Below, one piece after another: positions 40,668 through 55,529 of a stretch of 64,000 bases of DNA (its first letter is position 1; each line of letters opens with the position of its first letter). The translations under genes were made by a program, and so were the position numbers. The notes under the pieces are model-generated. The model was given only the letters and a program-made list of their open reading frames with translations, was not told the DNA's origin and did not search any database. Source of the stretch: Octopus vulgaris. Its lineage: Eukaryota. The stretch is from contig OX597819.1 in the NCBI GenBank assembly GCA_951406725.2, positions 92,504,001 through 92,568,000 on the forward strand. The letters are read 5' to 3'.

Positions 40668-41839
40668 GTATATATATATGTATGTGTGTGTGTCTTGATG
40701 CGTATGTATATGTGCATACGTATATATTTATATACATATAAAAGCAAATATACACTTACACACTCACTCATATACATAGATGCCAATATATCTGCATGCG
40801 TACTTATACTGTACGAACCGAATTATATTCCACTTGGTTTTATATAAATTCTTATACATACGTAAGCACACATACGTTCACTCACATATTCAGGTAGGCA
40901 GAGTTACACTAACAAGCATACACACCCACAACAATACACATACATACGCACACAATACACACACACTTGTACAGACACATTCGCACTCATACCCATTTCT
41001 AACTAACTTCCGTACATTTTAATTTCAATATGTTATTCAAGATTTTTTTCTCAGTTTTTGATTGCACCAAATATCCCTTGATATCGTTTCTTGTTGCATT
41101 ATTTCTCTAATTCCTTTTTTCTCCTTTTCGAGGCTTTACTCTTAGATCTATTTTTCTTCCTTTTGTTTTGTGTTCTTTTCCTGATTTCAAAGGATTCAGT
41201 TTTATTTTAGTTAGTTTTAGAATAGAAATCAAGATAATTTTCTTTGGTGCATCATAGTTTCCTGCCAAAGAGGAGAAATGAAACTCAGTCAAGTGATTTA
41301 GAGTTTGAGGAAATTAAAGGATACGTAACTGAACTTATCAATGAATTTATATAACTGAGGTATTACCTAAATAAATTTCAAGATAACATTAAAGTCTAAC
41401 AATCGAAGGACGGATTTTTGTCCTCGTTACATTGTATTTACTTTAATGCTAATGCAACTACATATCTGTGGTCCATATTGCTTATATGTCAATCGATATA
41501 CATTAATAAGTCATTTGGTAATCTGTGTTTGGTAGTTGTGTTTAGAGTAAGTTCATCAATTTTCTAAAAGTTAATGGATTCTAGAGAGGGACGCATCTTT
41601 AAGTTTTCTCATAAACTGTATACCATTCAGAGAATTAGAAAAAGTAATTATGATCTGCTTAGGCAATAATGCATCCAAAGGTGTTCTGGGAATATTCAAC
41701 GATAGCAACTCCGGTGAGTTAAGAAGAATTTGAAGTTTCAGGCCTTTATCTGAAAGAAAAAAAGATAAAATACTGTTGTTGGCAATTAACAAAGCAGACA
41801 TACGTATATTCGAAGAGTGCTCACAGAACCACTACTTTC

Positions 41840-41842
<3 letters not shown>

Positions 41843-41871
<29 letters not shown>

Positions 41872-41938
41872 TGTATGTATGTATGTATGTATGTATGTAT
41901 GTATGTATGTATGTATGTATGTATGTATGTATGTATGT
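41843..41938. repeat. (ATGT)n microsatellite
   Basis: Directly visible. Confidence 0.95.
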
Positions 41939-42356
41939 AGACATGCATATATCTACCAACACAAAGGCGCGTGTTTCCAGCATAAAGATAAGGTACGTTT
42001 CGGGTACTAGATTAATGCCAAATGTACACAAATAGATAGACAAATTTTTATGAATTTATTTTTGTACGTGTGTGTGCATATATATACAGATTTCGCTTTG
42101 TCCTAGTGATACTAATAACTGTTTCTTCGAATGCAATATACATATGCTTTAGAGTAAAGCAAGTACAGACCGTGGTATGAATTAATGAACGAGAAGTGAA
42201 CAGAAATCATATAATCATGTCACAAACACTCAAACCTGAGTGCACAGTTTCCCATAGCAGAAACAGCTGTAAAGAAGATCATTAGCGGTCGGTACCATTT
42301 ATTAATTCATGCATGCATACATACAAACACATGCGCGCACATATACAAAAATATAT

Positions 42357-42408
<52 letters not shown>

Positions 42409-42431
42409 ATATATGTACATATATCCATATA

Positions 42432-42539
<108 letters not shown>

Positions 42540-42767
42540 CCTCAAAATCAAACATTAATATTTACAGATAACATAAGGTTACAGAGGTTATGAGATGCAA
42601 CACTTTGCTTTCAATCCTATGTTGTCGGACGAATTGTTTCTCCCAATTGTTTACACAATGGAATTGGCAAAGATATTTTTACCAAACATGAAATTGGAAT
42701 TTTTTTCTGAAATCTTATGCATTTTTCATTCAATCATGCACTATTGTTTTCGTTGTACCTTTCGATT

Positions 42768-42811
<44 letters not shown>

Positions 42812-42896
42812 TGTCCGTCCATGTTATTCCTTTCAAGATTTCTTCTTTCATCTTATTTCTGATTTATTAACAAATAATCCATAAAAAAATTTCATA

Positions 42897-43327
42897 GGCT
42901 TAGGCGTGGGTGTGTGGTAAGACGCTTCCTTTCCAACCTCATGATCCGGGTTCAGTCCCACTGCGTGACACTCTGTGCAAGTGGCCTGTATTATAGCCTC
43001 CGGCCGAGCAAAACTTTGTGGGTGGATTTGGTAAACGGATACTGAAAGAAAACTGTTGTATGTGTGTATGTGAGTGTGTATATGTGTGTGAGTATGTGCG
43101 TGTCTTTGAGTTGATACTTTTCCCCACCACCGCTTGACAATCGGTGTTGATGTGTTTATGTTCCCGTAATCTAGATGTACGGTAAAAGAGATCGATAAAA
43201 TAAGTGCCTGGCTTTAACAAAAAAAAACCCCCAAAAAACTGCAAAAGGATTGTGATTGATTCATTCGACAAAAATTTTATGAAGGCCGTAGTCGCAGTCC
43301 AATGACTGAAACAAACATAAGATAAAA
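42897..43327 (+). mobile_element. SINE family C, full length, diverged
   Basis: Collinear with 57447-57893, including the internal TG-rich tract. Confidence 0.85.
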
Positions 43328-44019
43328 GGTTCATGTTGATGTAGTAAATATAATAAGTATTCCTGTTTTAGCCGTTCTCACTATTTCATTCCTCTATATC
43401 TGTTTTTCATTAGGTTTTTTTTCCCCTGTTCCTTTTTTTCTGTTTCTGTCTTCATTCATTTATTTTGTTTCTTCTTGCATAGGATTCACTTTCATGGCGT
43501 TCCTTTTTTGCTTTTATGAAATCGTTGCTTGAATTACAATAAGATTTGCAGGTTGGGGATTGTCAATGAAGCAGATGCGTTTTTGAATGTTTAATTACGG
43601 TGCTGTATCCCAATTAAGGTGAATGCATCAAAGTGAAGTATTTTGCAGTACAATGAATAGAGAGGACGTTAATTAATTAACTGGTTAATTAATTAATTAA
43701 TTAGAATCCTTGATTAAACGTTTTTGGCTTCGTAACCCTTACATATGGAAAATGCATGCCTAATATTAGCATCTTCACAGTAATAATTGCTTGGCCTTGG
43801 CATGATTTTCATTTGTAAAGTCCAGGATTGAAGACACGGTTGTCGTTACAAACAGAACAAATAATAAATACACGTCGTGGTGGTAGAAGAGTCATATGAG
43901 TAGACTCTTGCTGGAAACATGCATTTTCATTGAATTAGAGAAACTACTTTCGAAAGAAAATAGCCAATGGGTTGCATTTTCCCGATCATCAGATTGTTAG
44001 ATAATTTTTGAGTGGTATC

Positions 44020-44560
44020 TTTTCTTAAGACATGTTTCAACTCGGTATGCCTAGTCTGTCTTTCTCCAACATGTCGCATCTTTTTTGTGCGACTCTTGTG
44101 TTTTTATGTAAACTGCCGGTGCAGACAGTTCCGAATTTCCAGTTCTCTATCAAAAATAATTTTTTAGCAGTTTTTTTATTACGAACCCTCACAACATGCG
44201 CTGTCCTGTTTGTGATTCGTTAGTGAGACATTCCTCTCTTTGGTGTTACTCCTTTTCAGATATATCACGATATTTTGTGTGCGCTTGAAATATTTAGAGT
44301 TAAATCTCCCAAGCATCTTCAGTTGTTTAGAATTCTGCTTGTATTCATGTCTCGAACGAATATAAGTGGATTGCCAGAATATATTCCATGTAGACAACGA
44401 ATTTAGTTCAAAATTATGTTGGCACGATTTGACTATGCCCTATTTACAATCTACAAACTTTCTACATGTCATACACGCTTTTCAGTTTTATAGGTGGATT
44501 CTAGTGTCGAGGGAAGTATCTCGTAATCGGGTATTCCGCAGCATGTAATCTGGTAGCACT
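44020..44560 (-). mobile_element. Decayed RTE-like LINE C-terminal fragment
   Basis: Minus strand TWNIF and AHVVRVRNKKTAKKLF..EL (cf. WAGHV.RM...R.PK.LFY.EL). Confidence 0.5.
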
Positions 44561-44751
44561 CTATAGCTATTTGGTTCAGTGTTGGTATCAGGTAGCATAG
44601 GAGTAAATATTATTTTTGACCTTGCAACATGAAAGTGTCATCCATGCAGAAATCCCAACGGGGAAACTATATATTCATACATACGCCAAGCTACACAGCT
44701 GTAACTGGAATTTCAATCACTAGTATACGCAGATAAGCCTTAAGTTTGTGG

Positions 44752-44995
44752 CGGCGTGTACATTAGTGCTTAAGGTGGTGATACACTCATGATTTCAAGA
44801 TTGTAGTTTCGATTCTAAGACCGGGCGATGCATTGTGTTGTTGAGTAAAACATTTCATTTCACGTTGCTCCAGTCCACTCAGCTGGCAAGAATGAGCAAT
44901 CCTGTGAGAAACCGATGTCCCGCCTAGAAGGGTATTATATACGCCACAAAATCCAGGAAACCGGCCATATGAACCTATGACTCGAGGAGAACATT
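44752..44995 (+). mobile_element. SINE family B with short alternative tail
   Basis: tgtgttgttgagtaaaacatttcatttcacgttgctccagtccactcagctg matches the B core; tail shared with 48355-48599. Confidence 0.8.
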
Positions 44996-45169
44996 TGATC
45001 TTGTTTTGGGTGGTATGTGGGGGATTGGAATCGTCAATCTATCCGCACACATAGGTTTTCAAAGGGCGCTTCAATTATAGAAAGACAGTATTGAAGAATG
45101 GATTTACTAATCAATTGGTGGATATGGAGAATTGCCCACCCCATCCACAAGACTAAAGTGAACTAGAAA

Positions 45170-45770
45170 GTGAACGCTAATATAGTTTTATACACCATTC
45201 AAATAGATCTTTTCAAAGGTATAGCTAAGAACTTTCTAACATTTGACAGCATTTCCCAAGAAACCATACATATGATGAACTCTTTAATTCTCATATTATC
45301 AAAGGTATCATTCATTACACGCATCCATTGAATCTTCATTCCGCACTCGAACCTAGAACTACAAAAATACTTAAAACCGACTGTTAGGAGTACCCTGCTT
45401 TAGAGCTGCCCGCATATCATTCAAAGACATCACGAAGCACTCCATGAACAATGCAGCCAATGACTTTATTGGAAGATTCGTGCAACCCATGGACTACTTC
45501 GAGTATAAAGACAGGAAAACTTCTACCACTTTGTCCAGCTTAATCTGCAGATTTCGAAGCCATCAAATGACTTTATTCATCATTTCATGGAATAGCCTTG
45601 GCAGGAGATCTTACTCACCCTATGATCTTACCTGCCTTCTCTGCCTTCGTAGTAATATACTCTACCAACTCTCAATATACAGCATTTCCCAAGAAACCAT
45701 ACAGAGAATTATCTTACTGCTGCAAAAATAGATACTACTTCTTAATAAGCTTCAACAATTGTCTGCTGAT
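45170..45770 (+). mobile_element. Decayed Penelope-like fragment (linker plus GIY-YIG C-terminal region)
   Basis: QHFPRNHTY.ELFN, STTLSSLI, ISW, TCLLCL, REL..CC resemble PLE KHFP..H.Y..IFN / ST.LS.YIW / C.LCL.E motifs. Confidence 0.55.
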
Positions 45771-46355
45771 TATTCGAATACTTTACAAAAGACCTAGCTG
45801 AACATACAGGTTATATGATGCCCGAAGCCCGTAGAGTTTACAGACCGCCATCATACCTGAGGTTGACACCGACTCATGCATGGTATGACACCATCAGGTC
45901 AGATTTTCACTTCCAATGTAGTAAACGTTGGTGCGAAAATACTAATGGAATGATGACTAAGAGCAAAAAAATATCTACCTTAATACGCACAGTATCCAAT
46001 GTAAATAACTGAATATCGTTGAAATATAAACCCTCTGCGTAGCGCCAAGTAAATGGGGACCAGCAAATTGTCGACCCTAACGTGTGGCTCGACCAATTAA
46101 AAGTCAATGCATCTATGATAGCAAAAGTAAATACAACAGCAATGGTGAGAACACACCCACAAAACTAAATCAGAGTTGATTTAAGCTGTTATTGAATACA
46201 TATAACTCCAAAGAAAGTTGAGTGCTATTTGTTTTGTTCATTCACTTCTATCACACATGTATGCATACATATATAGACACATACATATGTCTGTGAATGC
46301 GCGTTGTGTGTGTGTGTGTGTTTACGTGGACGTGTGTGTAAATGTACACCCCATA

Positions 46356-47610
46356 CAGGGTGCATCAGTTTTCTCAGCTCATTTGTATGAACTTAGAAAA
46401 AGATGTGTAACTCACGAAAGAAAAGGTGCATTTGTAAACAAATTGGAACAAATACATATTATTCCTTTGAACCATCTTATCACACCTATTCAATGGATCT
46501 ACCGTTTGCATCAATGGCGGCTTCAATGTGACATCAGAAGCATTGACATATCCCGAATCAGACCATCTTTATAGAGTTTGGACATATTATTGAATATAAC
46601 GGACTTGAAAGTTTGCATGCTGTTATGAGGGCGTCGATTGACATCTCTCTTAACTACGCTCCATATATATCAGTTCAGTGGATTGATGTCTGTAGAGCTA
46701 GGAGACCATGTATCTAGGAGAATATAATCATGGAAATTTGCATGCATCCATGCTTGGGTTGTCCTATCCTTAAGAGATGGCATAATGTCTTGTTGGAAGA
46801 CGTGAGGTCTTCGTCTTCCATTGCGTACTCTGTCAATGCAGGGTGTCATAACGTTCCCCAGCACTATTGTATAAACAGTGGCATTGACTCTAAAGCCCTG
46901 AGAAAACAAAGCGAGGAGTCATGATATCTCCCTCACCACTGACAACTCGCAGAATTATCACAGTTACTGAGAACTTAGTATACATGACCGCTGGAACCCC
47001 ATTCGGGTCTCTGCATAACCATCTGTCATTCCGTCGGTTTACCTTTCGCTCCTCATGTAATTATTTTCTCATTCCTGCCTCTTGCTGCTTTAACTTGCTT
47101 AGCAAGCGCTTTGCACAGATTAAACGATTCTCTCTTGTCACATCTAACATAAACTGACCCCCTCTGCATTACGAGTTCATACGATTTGTATCCGATGTCT
47201 TCATGCACAGTTGTTGTGATAGTGTATTCTGAATACTTGAGGTTTTCTGCAGCGGCTCTTATTGACTGTCTTGGATATTTATCGATTATTTCTTGAGTTT
47301 TTGCAGAAATTATTTGTTCTGAAGTTATAATGACCCTATGCATCCGTTTTACGTTTAGCCGTTGATGTTGGATTCGCGTCAGAAGCTTACAGCTCATTTC
47401 AAACTTTGGTAAGGAAAGATAGAACACCATTCAGTAAGCAAGCTGTCTCTGTATCACTATGCTGCAGTCTTTAGGTAACGATCATCACATGCCTTTTTCC
47501 TTTGCGGAGTCAACCCGATGTCTGACAGTTTTTATCTGAAAAGTGAGAAAAAAGAAGTCAGAATAAGGTGCTCTTAAAAGAGGTGTCCTAAAAAAACTGA
47601 CTCATCTTGA
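46356..47610 (-). mobile_element. maT (DD37D) Tc1/mariner element, ~1.25 kb, decayed
   Basis: ORF 46670-46909 has FQQD...TQAW...WSPSSTDINPLN with exactly 37 residues between D and the third catalytic position (here N); ORF 47053-47430 has HTH-like PRQSIRAAAENL..SEYTI...VHEDIGYKSY; TA|caggg left end and diverged right TIR. Confidence 0.85.
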
Positions 47611-48354
47611 ATATATAAAGAAGAGTGAAAGGAAGAGAGGGAGGGACAAAAGAGATACATGTAGACGTACATACATATAAACACACACTGTTATCTGTTC
47701 CTCTATTTATATCTATATATATCAAAGGTAATCTCTTGTCCTTCTTTATTTCATTATAATTTATATCTATTCATTTCTGTATGTATTTCAGTATGTCTGT
47801 CTGATCTGTGTACAACATTCTCTGTTTATATGTGGATATCGATCTTCATATCGAATTATTTCTCTCTATTCCTGTAGGATATATTGATGGGGAAATTATG
47901 TATGTATGTCTGTATAATAACGGGTATCGATTCTAATAAATAATTCAAGGGTAGATATAAAAGGAACAAACAGAAAGTATTTAACAATTAGAAATTGAAC
48001 TTAAAATTTAATAATAAGTGACAAATTTAACGTTCAAAATAAGTATTGAAATTAAATTCTCCATAGTTAATAAATAAAATGAGAAAATTTTAAATACTTA
48101 CTTGTTTGAAAATGATAATTATTAACAAAAGAATTTTAAATGCTTTAGAAGATTACGCGATGTATGATACCGATAGCGGAAGGAATGAAAAATACTTACT
48201 GTAGCGGTAAAAAGGAAAAAATTAAAGATATCATATAGTGGTTTTAGTTGGTACTGTACAGGGCTTATCGAAAGAGATTAGAAATATAATGTTTATCGGA
48301 ATATCTCTATGCATTCAAAAATTATTAATGAAACACAAAACTAAATAAAAAACA

Positions 48355-48599
48355 AAAGAAAGGTTAACTTCTCGAGTCATGTCGATTAATAAGGGTCGGT
48401 TTTCTGGTTTCATGGTGTATATATTCCCCACCTCAACGAGACGCCGGTCCGCCGCTGGATTACTCATTTTTGCCAACCGAGGGGACTGGAGCAATGTGAA
48501 ATGAAGTGTTTTGCTCGATAACATAACGCTCTAGAAATCGAAACCACAATCTCACGATCATGAATCCAACACCCTAACTACTAAGCCGCGCGTCTCCAC
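48355..48599 (-). mobile_element. SINE family B with short alternative tail
   Basis: gactggagcaatgtgaaatgaagtgttttgctc...ccctaactactaagccgcgcg. Confidence 0.8.
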
Positions 48600-48805
48600 T
48601 GAGAACACTAGCACAATTAGAAATTCTACCAACCTCCATTTATACATACATAATACATACATAGATGCATACATACATGCATGCATACACACATACAAAC
48701 AGACAGGCGGACAAATAGATAGATAGATACCTGAAATCAGTTGTTTTGGCAAGATAATATCACCTAAGTCAACTAACCTCCAGGTAAGTACCCCCCATAG
48801 TATAG

Positions 48806-48857
<52 letters not shown>

Positions 48858-49793
48858 ATGTATGTATGTATGTATACAAAAGGAAAGGGTGAGAATGAGA
48901 GTAAGAAAGAGGGAGAGAGAAAGAGAGAGAGAGATAACCGTGTTTCTCAAACATAACTTGAGTGCAATATGATCAACCACCTACTTATATTGACGATTTA
49001 GTGTTAGTTAATGACATCTTGCGATAGGTGTCTAGATTCTTATTTTAATATACTATAATATTATACAAAATAATATTCTATAAATTTTATAAAAGTATTT
49101 GTAAGATGACATTTTGAAAAATGTAAACTACTTTTAGTTTTGATAAAATATATGTTTTAGTATCGTGAACATGTACACTAATTTCATTTTACCTTTCAAA
49201 CTTTGTATTCAATTATCGACAGTTTGAGTTTAGCACACGTGACTTCTTCACTCATGTAAATGTATGTTCTCTCTTAGATAGAGTTGGCAGCCATTTGACT
49301 AGTTGACAAAGCAATCTATCTTCATGTTATTATCATAAATTTTCCAGTATTTGTTTTCTGAATATCTGAAAGATAATGTACCAGTCAGTAATGAGTTACA
49401 ACTCATAGGATCTATATAGATGTAATGAGTTATAACGCGTTATATTAGATCTGTATTCCTTTTGAAAAGTTGAAGGTACCTTATTAAGTCACACCGATAT
49501 TTTTTCAATGCACTTTCAATGGAGAAATCGGATATATTCATAATACGGTTGCACAACTAATGAGATAATTGTTACTGATTGAACGGACATGATTTCCAGC
49601 GCATCTATACCTGAAATTATCTGTGTATTTATTAATGAGTTTGTGGTCTCTATGCAAAGTCGAGTGGTGCTTATATAATAGATATAGTAGTTATTTTACT
49701 ACATTAGAAATATTTCACATGTATGCTTGTTATTGGGATGCTGCATCTACTGAAATTTATCTTAAAATTTACCATCGATTGCACTATTGTAAA

Positions 49794-50120
49794 AGCACAT
49801 TGGCTCAGTGGTTAGCGCGTCGGGCTCACGATCAGGAGGTAGTGAGTTCGATTCCCGGACTAGGCTGTCTGTTGCTCTCTGTCTTGAGAAATACACTTTA
49901 TTTCACGCTGCTGCAGTTCACGAAGCTGTAGAAATGAGTTGCGATGTCACTGATGCCAAGCTGTATCGGCTTTACCTTTCTAACAGTAGCATGGAGAGGG
50001 GAGGCTGATATGCCTAGGCGATTGCTGGTCTTCCATAAACAACTTTGCCCGGGCTTGTATTTCGCAAGAGAACTTTCTAGGTGGATTCCGATAATCATTC
50101 GTGACCGAAGGAAGTCTTTT
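49794..50120 (+). mobile_element. SINE family B, full length
   Basis: tggctcagtgg A box, gttcgattcc B box; collinear with 50410-50743. Confidence 0.9.
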
Positions 50121-50409
50121 CCTTCTTTCTTTCTTTCTTTCTTTGCAGTATTATTATAATGATAAGAGCCATTGTGGAAAATTTTCGTCCAAAAGCGTTT
50201 ATTAATGTCATTGAATATACTTTTCAAAATTGTGGATGCTTAGATTATTTATATATATTATATGCGGGTGTTCTATAGAGAAGCTGGTTTGAAGAGGTGA
50301 CCAAAGAATTAATGATATTTTAGTATTGGTTTTGATTTAACTCTACCTTAAGATTATCTATTTAGTAATCTAATGAATTTTCTAAAGAAATATTTTCACA
50401 ATCTATGCA

Positions 50410-50743
50410 GGCGCATGGCTCAGTGGTTAGAGCGTCGAGCTTACGATCGTGAGGTTGTGAGCTCGAATCCCGGACCGGGCTGCGTGTTGTGTTCTTGAGC
50501 AAGACACTTTATTTCACGTTGCTCCAGTTCACTCAGCTGTAGAAATGAGTTGCGACGTCACAGGTGCCAAGCTGTATCGACCTTTGTCTTTCCCTTGGAT
50601 AACACTGGTGGCGTGGAGAGGGGAGGCCGGTATGCCTAGGCGACTACTGGTCTTCCATAAAACAACCTTGCCCAGACTTGTGCCTCAGAGGGTAACTCTC
50701 TAGGTGCAAACCCATGGTCACTCATGACCGAAGGGGGTCTTTA
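50410..50743 (+). mobile_element. SINE family B, full-length reference copy (tRNA head plus CORE-like tgtgttcttgagcaagacactt)
   Basis: A box tggctcagtgg 50416-50426, B box gctcgaatcc 50461-50470; about ten relatives in the window. Confidence 0.92.
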
Positions 50744-51896
50744 TTTGTATGCACAGTCTATCTATATTACAATTTCTGTTCTGTCATATTTACTCATACA
50801 CATACCAGATAAACCCATTGCCGTTCCGTTTAACTGAAACAAACATGTGATGGAAAGGCAATCCCTTTCGAACTACCATTACCACATTAATATCACTATC
50901 ATTAATATCAGTAAATGAACTATCAAACGTTGAAGCTTTTAGAATTAGGAGTTTTGTGATAGTGGGATAAAGGTCTGCTATACCATAAACCGAGTAAAGC
51001 TGCAATTACGGTTATCCCCGAAGCTATTAAACAGCTTGATTACTGATGTGTTATTATTTCATAAAGGCACTCCTATGATATGTGTGAGGGTAATGAATGG
51101 AACCTACAATAATATTATTAATTCTGCCTAATATACTCTTTGAAGGATTAATGAGTCTACACATGAGATTAGGTAAAAAGCTAATCCCTCTCATTTATGA
51201 AATATACTTACGTTTAGTACATAACCTAGAATTCAGTTTCATCACCTATCGTATGACGATACGCTTGTGTACTTGCTTCTATATTGATAAGCTACATGTG
51301 TTAAGATATTTAACCATTATATCATATTATATTGAAGATGTATCAGCACGAATGACGGTATTCTATACATTATATTTTTCATAGACTGCTATATGTATGC
51401 GCTTGGAATTTCTTACTGCATTCACCCCACTTATAGAGTGCAAGACTAAAATTATATTCTTATCTATTTGATCATTAAGAAACGCTTCCTTTCAAACTTT
51501 TGTTTGGTGACGGACAAATGTTTTCCCTGTATATAGGGAATCAAATTGCCATTGGTCACAGAAGGCTTTGCACATTGTTAATCATGATACATCTTCCTTA
51601 GCCATGATATAACAAGTATATGTGTGTGTGTGTACGTGAGTGTCTACGAGTGTTCGTGTGTGCGCGTGTGTCAGTTCCTGTGTCTATGTGTGTGTGTATT
51701 TATGTGTGTGTGTGTGCAAATAGATAGATGTATAGACAGATAAAATAGACAGAAAGATATATGCATACATACATACATACACAGACACTCATACACTGAT
51801 ATTATATTTTCAAAACTGTTTACGTAACGAACATGAAAATATTTCTATTTCATTAAAGCAGTCATATATTTGTGTTAAAAATATATTAACAGACTG

Positions 51897-52110
51897 ACGT
51901 CTAGAACTTAGTTGGTAGCGGTTCGGGTGTTGGAAACATGATCGTAAGGTATTGGTTTCGAGTCCTGTAGTGGACGATGCTCTGTCTTCTTGGGCAAAAC
52001 ACTTTATTTCACGTTACTTCAGTCCACTCAGTTGGTAAAAGAGAGTATTTTAGCGATGGACTGGAATCCGGTCAAATGCTCCTATGAATCTATTTGACTT
52101 GGGAAGAGAT
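51897..52110 (+). mobile_element. SINE family B, degenerate
   Basis: ttcttgggcaaaacactttatttcacgttacttcagtccactcag. Confidence 0.75.
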
Positions 52111-53147
52111 TCATACCTTTTCACTGCTTTGTGCATAAGAATGAAGATACGACTATGTAGACGGCTAACCTAATACAAAAACTATGCTTCATTACACCAC
52201 ATTTTGCATTTAAGTCACTTACACTATACAGAACGAATGTTTATGCTATATATTGTTCTACCATAGCAGAATACTGAGGATTATGGAATATGATTTGAAA
52301 CGAATTACAAGCAAACACATTTTTACGAATAGTATACTATTGATAAATTACAGTTGATCTTGACTGGTAAATTATTTAATCTGAAATGATGTATTCAACC
52401 TGGAAGAATTAATTTGCAAATATGACAGCAATTAAAACCGAGCCATACCACTATTAACGCCTGTGTTTAATAACGTGAACAGTATTATACCCTCTAACAA
52501 GCTAGAAATTTTCATCGTGCATGAAGAACCTGGTCACTGACACAATTCTATTCCATATGGTAAAACAACCCTGTTTCATGCTATTGGTGAATTTCCAGAA
52601 ACGATTGATTGTCAGATAAATGGGGTTTCGTTATATGTACCAGTTCTTTACGCTCAGTGTACTTATCCCCACGAAGTCTATTTTGTATTTCACTTTTCTC
52701 AGGGCGATAAAATAAAGGACCACTCCAGAACTCTTAGCTTAAATGAGTTCCTCCTCAAGTGCAAAGCAGACGCTAGTTCCATATTAAATTATTTTAAAAT
52801 GTTTTATGATGAAAACCACGAATTTTCTACTCATTGAAAAAATTATTTGACAAAATTAATTAATCTAACAAAAATAGATTTTAATTTAACCAGTTTCTCT
52901 GCCAAATTCTTCAAAAGGTAAAAAAAGTTAGTACCACCTAAACTTGGTGCACAATGTTTATTGATCAATGGCTTGTACACACACACATGCACACACACAC
53001 ACATGCACACACACACACACACACACATGCACACACACACACATGCACACACACACACACATGCACACACACACACTTGTGTGTATATGTGTGTATGTAT
53101 TTCTACACGTATGCTTATGCCTAGAAGATGATGATGACAATGGTAGT

Positions 53148-53149
53148 GG

Positions 53150-53180
<31 letters not shown>

Positions 53181-53267
53181 GAAGAAGAAGAAGAAGAAGA
53201 AGAAGAAGAAGAAGAAGAAGAAGAAGAAGAAGAAGAAGAAGAAGAAGAAGAAGAAGAAGAAGAAGAA
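53148..53267. repeat. (GAT)n-(GAA)n microsatellite
   Basis: Directly visible. Confidence 0.95.
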
Positions 53268-53726
53268 GGTCTTAGATGATATCGATTAAGCAGACACGAG
53301 ACAAACACGCTATGGTGAACAAAATCTTGGTATTTCTATATTTCTGATTGTGGAGTATCAGGAAAACAAAAATTGAAAAACCAATAAGAAAAGATTTTGT
53401 AAATGAAAGAGATAAGTATTTGAAACATAAAAGTCCCCCACCTATAAAAAGTACTATAAACACACTAGTTTTCCCTGTAATTAAGCTACGGTAGAAACGC
53501 AATTATTTGAGCACCAAGTGAACTAACAAAACCTGGGAATATATGACAGAGTTTAGAAATACACCCGCTTAAATCTGATATAGACAGGATGTATTAACGA
53601 TACACCCAAGAATGGAGACTTCTCATGCGAATAGAGAATTGCTATAAAATAATTACGGCACGACTATAAAACGTTACCATGTAGAAAATAAGGGCAGATA
53701 ATGCATATCTCTTAGGAAACTCGAAA

Positions 53727-54000
<274 letters not shown>

Positions 54001-54699
54001 AGCATGAAGTGAACAGAAAGAAAAAAAACAAAAGCAAAATATTTTCTAAAGATAACGAAGCAATTAACTGCAACATCGTGTTTAGAAATACAGCAGCAGG
54101 TGAAAAGAAGAACATTACGCCAGCTGGATAAGCAATAAAAAAATGTAATATGAAACAAACATTAAGGTAAGCTAGCGTAATAAAGTCTTAGATGGGTCAA
54201 TATGGGCCAAAACTGGACAGGAATGAGGTTAATGTAAAAGAAAGCTAAAAATGCTTTATTTGTGCTGATATAAATTCTGAAACAATCTTGAAAATTGTTG
54301 GAGGGAACCAGAACTTATTCAGAAGCAGCTGTTTGTTTATATAAAAAAAATTTAATTTTCGTAAGAAGTCAAGAGATTGTATATAGGTGTTTTTTCCGGA
54401 AAACGAATGAATAAAATAAATTGTTATTGCTTAATCAGTGCGATGATTATTTTCATAGCTTCCGAGACTGTTTAGGAAAGGAGAAAGGTATTCTAAATCG
54501 AGATTTGTTTCGGACACTTATAGGAAAGTAGACTCTGCTGAAGGCGCACAAAAGCCTCGTGATGGTGTTAAATCGAATGATAAGTCAAGCCTAATAATTA
54601 TGTATGTCTACGACGGGAGTTCAACTCGGGACGCAAAAAGCCAGAGCACATTCAAAGGCAACCTTGCAATGCCTTACAATATTGCTTGTGTATCCTCCT

Positions 54700-54838
54700 A
54701 TATTGGTACTTTATCTACCGATCCAGAACTTTGCAAGACAAAAGTCGACCTTGGCTGGATTTGATCTCAGAATGGAATAAGTCGGAATAATATGGCAAGA
54801 TATTTTTCTGATGCCCTTGCGTTTCTCCCAGTTCGCCA
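54700..54838 (-). mobile_element. SINE family A, degenerate
   Basis: ggtactttatctaccgatcc...aaagtcgaccttggctggatttgatctcagaa. Confidence 0.6.
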
Positions 54839-55529
54839 ACTTTTGGCAGTACACACAAAAGAAGAAGAACTACTGCAATTATGCGAAGCACCTGTAGCTG
54901 AGATTGGCGCCGCAAGAGAAACAAGAATTAAAAAGACAGAAAATCTTAATATTACGTTGGCATATGGCCATACATTTCTAGAGGTGGTGGAATATAGGCG
55001 ATTTAATCTAAACTAATTACCAATGCTAGTAATTACTTTTCGAACACGGTGACTGCGGCAAATATTGCTGCTGTTGCTACTACTACTTCTATTACTACAA
55101 CTATTTCAGCGTAATTACGAGACTATCTATGGATATGAAAATGACCTGGATATGATAATCAAGACTGACAAGATCAAAGCAAACTCTCAGATATAATCGA
55201 AGAATGCCAGTGAGTGTATTTTAACTGAAGAGCGCTTCTGAATAAAACTTCGCACAGGGGGAGTTTGAAAGTTTATCAAAATGTAATGATGTTGACATTG
55301 GAATAATCAAAATGAATGGTAATGAAAGTGAAATAGGGTACATTAAGTAATTGGCTTACTGAAGTTGACAATATAGAACATGAAGAATTATATAATGGGT
55401 AAACATATTAAGGTACAAACACTTCACCCACTAAATAATAACTGAAAAATAGTCTTGATAGGAACATTCCAAATTCTATGCAAAGCACTTATAATTCTTA
55501 TACAATCGAAACCCCAAATATGCTAAAAC

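Noticed and set aside
41290-41800. Possible very old LINE RT remnant
   Set aside because: Motif similarity is too weak to assign by eye.
43669-43703. (TTAA)n palindromic cluster as a homeodomain-site enhancer
   Set aside because: Low-complexity AT repeat, expected by chance here; no conservation data.
50410-50480. tRNA genes at SINE heads (also 49794, 56735, 57447)
   Set aside because: A/B boxes are present, but each continues into a multi-copy SINE body.
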